Below, piece after piece: positions 63,320-64,000 of a DNA stretch of 64,000 nucleotides. Source of the DNA: an uncultured Spirochaetota bacterium (GTDB lineage Bacteria; Spirochaetota; Spirochaetia; SZUA-6; Fen-1364); the NCBI GenBank assembly GCA_963734545.1, contig CAVTHO010000007.1:832001-896000 (forward strand). The letters are read 5' to 3'. The notes below the pieces were generated by a model. That model was not told the DNA's origin, did no database searches, and saw only the letters and a list, made by a program, of their open reading frames with translations. The first letter of the stretch is position 1, and each line of letters opens with the position of its first letter. The position numbers and the translations under genes are program-made.

Positions 63320-64000
63320 TCAGGAGACGTCCGGTGTGGGTTTGGCCGCGGACAGGGAAGCCTTGATGACGATCCCATCCGATCCGCCGTTCTTTGACTG
63401 CGCATCCGGTTTCCGTGGCGCGCCGGGTGCTTCCCGCTCGCCGAAAAGGTTGTAGACGTAGGTGAGGATCCGATTGCGCGCCGTGGCGCTCAGCGGGGCT
63501 GCCTGCACGTGCAGGAGGGACCTGTTCTTCTTCTGATCGAAGTTGATTCCTTTCACCACTCCGCTCATGACCACCTGGTCGTCCCCGATGCTGAACTGGA
63601 CCTTGATCGGCAATCCCACTTTTGCCTTTCCGCCGATGAGCACCGCGAGCCCTCCCTCCGAAAGGTCTGCCAGCCGGCAGCGCAGCCCGCGAGCGCCTTC
63701 CGGGGTTTCGCTCGCGCCGTCGATGGACTTCAGCGGAAACAGCTCGGCGGGAAGATCGGCCTCCACCCGTACCGAGCTTCTCTTCTGGGCGCGAATGAGG
63801 TTCTCGGAGTGCAGAATGTGCAGGATGGGATACTGCTTGTCGAAAAAGTCATCCAGGACCTTTGTCTGGAAAAAATACCCGGCATCCTCGGCCCGCCAGA
63901 AGTACACGCCGATTTTCTGGTTCTTCCACGAGAAACCCTCCGGAAGCTTCGGACCCTGGGGGTAGGATACCGCCAGGTAGCGGCTGAGGATTTCCACGAC
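63320..64000 (-). CDS. PilZ-domain (YcgR-like) c-di-GMP effector, 5'-truncated by window edge
   Basis: QKRSSVR (RxxxR) and DLSEGG (DxSxxG) motifs. Confidence 0.85.
   Translation of the reverse strand, partial: VVEILSRYLAVSYPQGPKLPEGFSWKNQKIGVYFWRAEDAGYFFQTKVLDDFFDKQYPILHILHSENLIRAQKRSSVRVEADLPAELFPLKSIDGASETPEGARGLRCRLADLSEGGLAVLIGGKAKVGLPIKVQFSIGDDQVVMSGVVKGINFDQKKNRSLLHVQAAPLSATARNRILTYVYNLFGEREAPGAPRKPDAQSKNGGSDGIVIKASLSAAKPTPDVS

Overview
GC-rich bacterial chromosomal segment, most likely from an uncultured spirochaete (Spirochaetia). The assignment rests on spirochaete-like gene orders (folP-cdaA-cdaR-acpS-DUF2225-truA-UDG-priA; def-fmt-PASTA; murC-yicC-cmk-rpoZ...miaA-bS22; pta, rsmA, comEC), a short spirochaete-type RpoZ and a Cmk with a GCGNST P-loop. 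Many genes, including essential ones (priA, folP, cdaA, dapA, dapB, pta, rsmA), carry single-base frameshifts in patches. I read these as uncorrected long-read errors, not pseudogenisation. Contents: a nucleoside uptake and degradation operon (1-7.6 kb); an accessory stretch of redox and hypothetical genes ending at tRNA-Gly; a long housekeeping block; a LacI-controlled rare-sugar cluster (ABC, PMI-like cupin, LyxK-like kinase, ROK, UlaE) sitting between rpoZ and miaA; a two-component-regulated beta-glucoside ABC/GH1 locus; tRNA-Glu and tRNA-Lys; a lipoprotein plus beta-barrel pair; mtaB, TPR, bactofilin, tyrA, pta-dapB-dapA, rsmA-comEC, HEAT-like and PilZ genes. No CRISPR array, integrase or transposase was seen. 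Most notable: (1) a ~21-bp palindromic REP-like element, 7 copies with compensatory stem changes, lying in-frame within mtaB and murC; (2) a candidate L-pentose pathway with an uncharacterised cupin; (3) an orphan non-lipoprotein FlgH-like gene; (4) two tiny basic ORFs not called as such in the ORF track (bS22-like, and an unknown ~31-aa peptide); (5) a dihydrolipoamide-dehydrogenase-like enzyme with only one active-site Cys.
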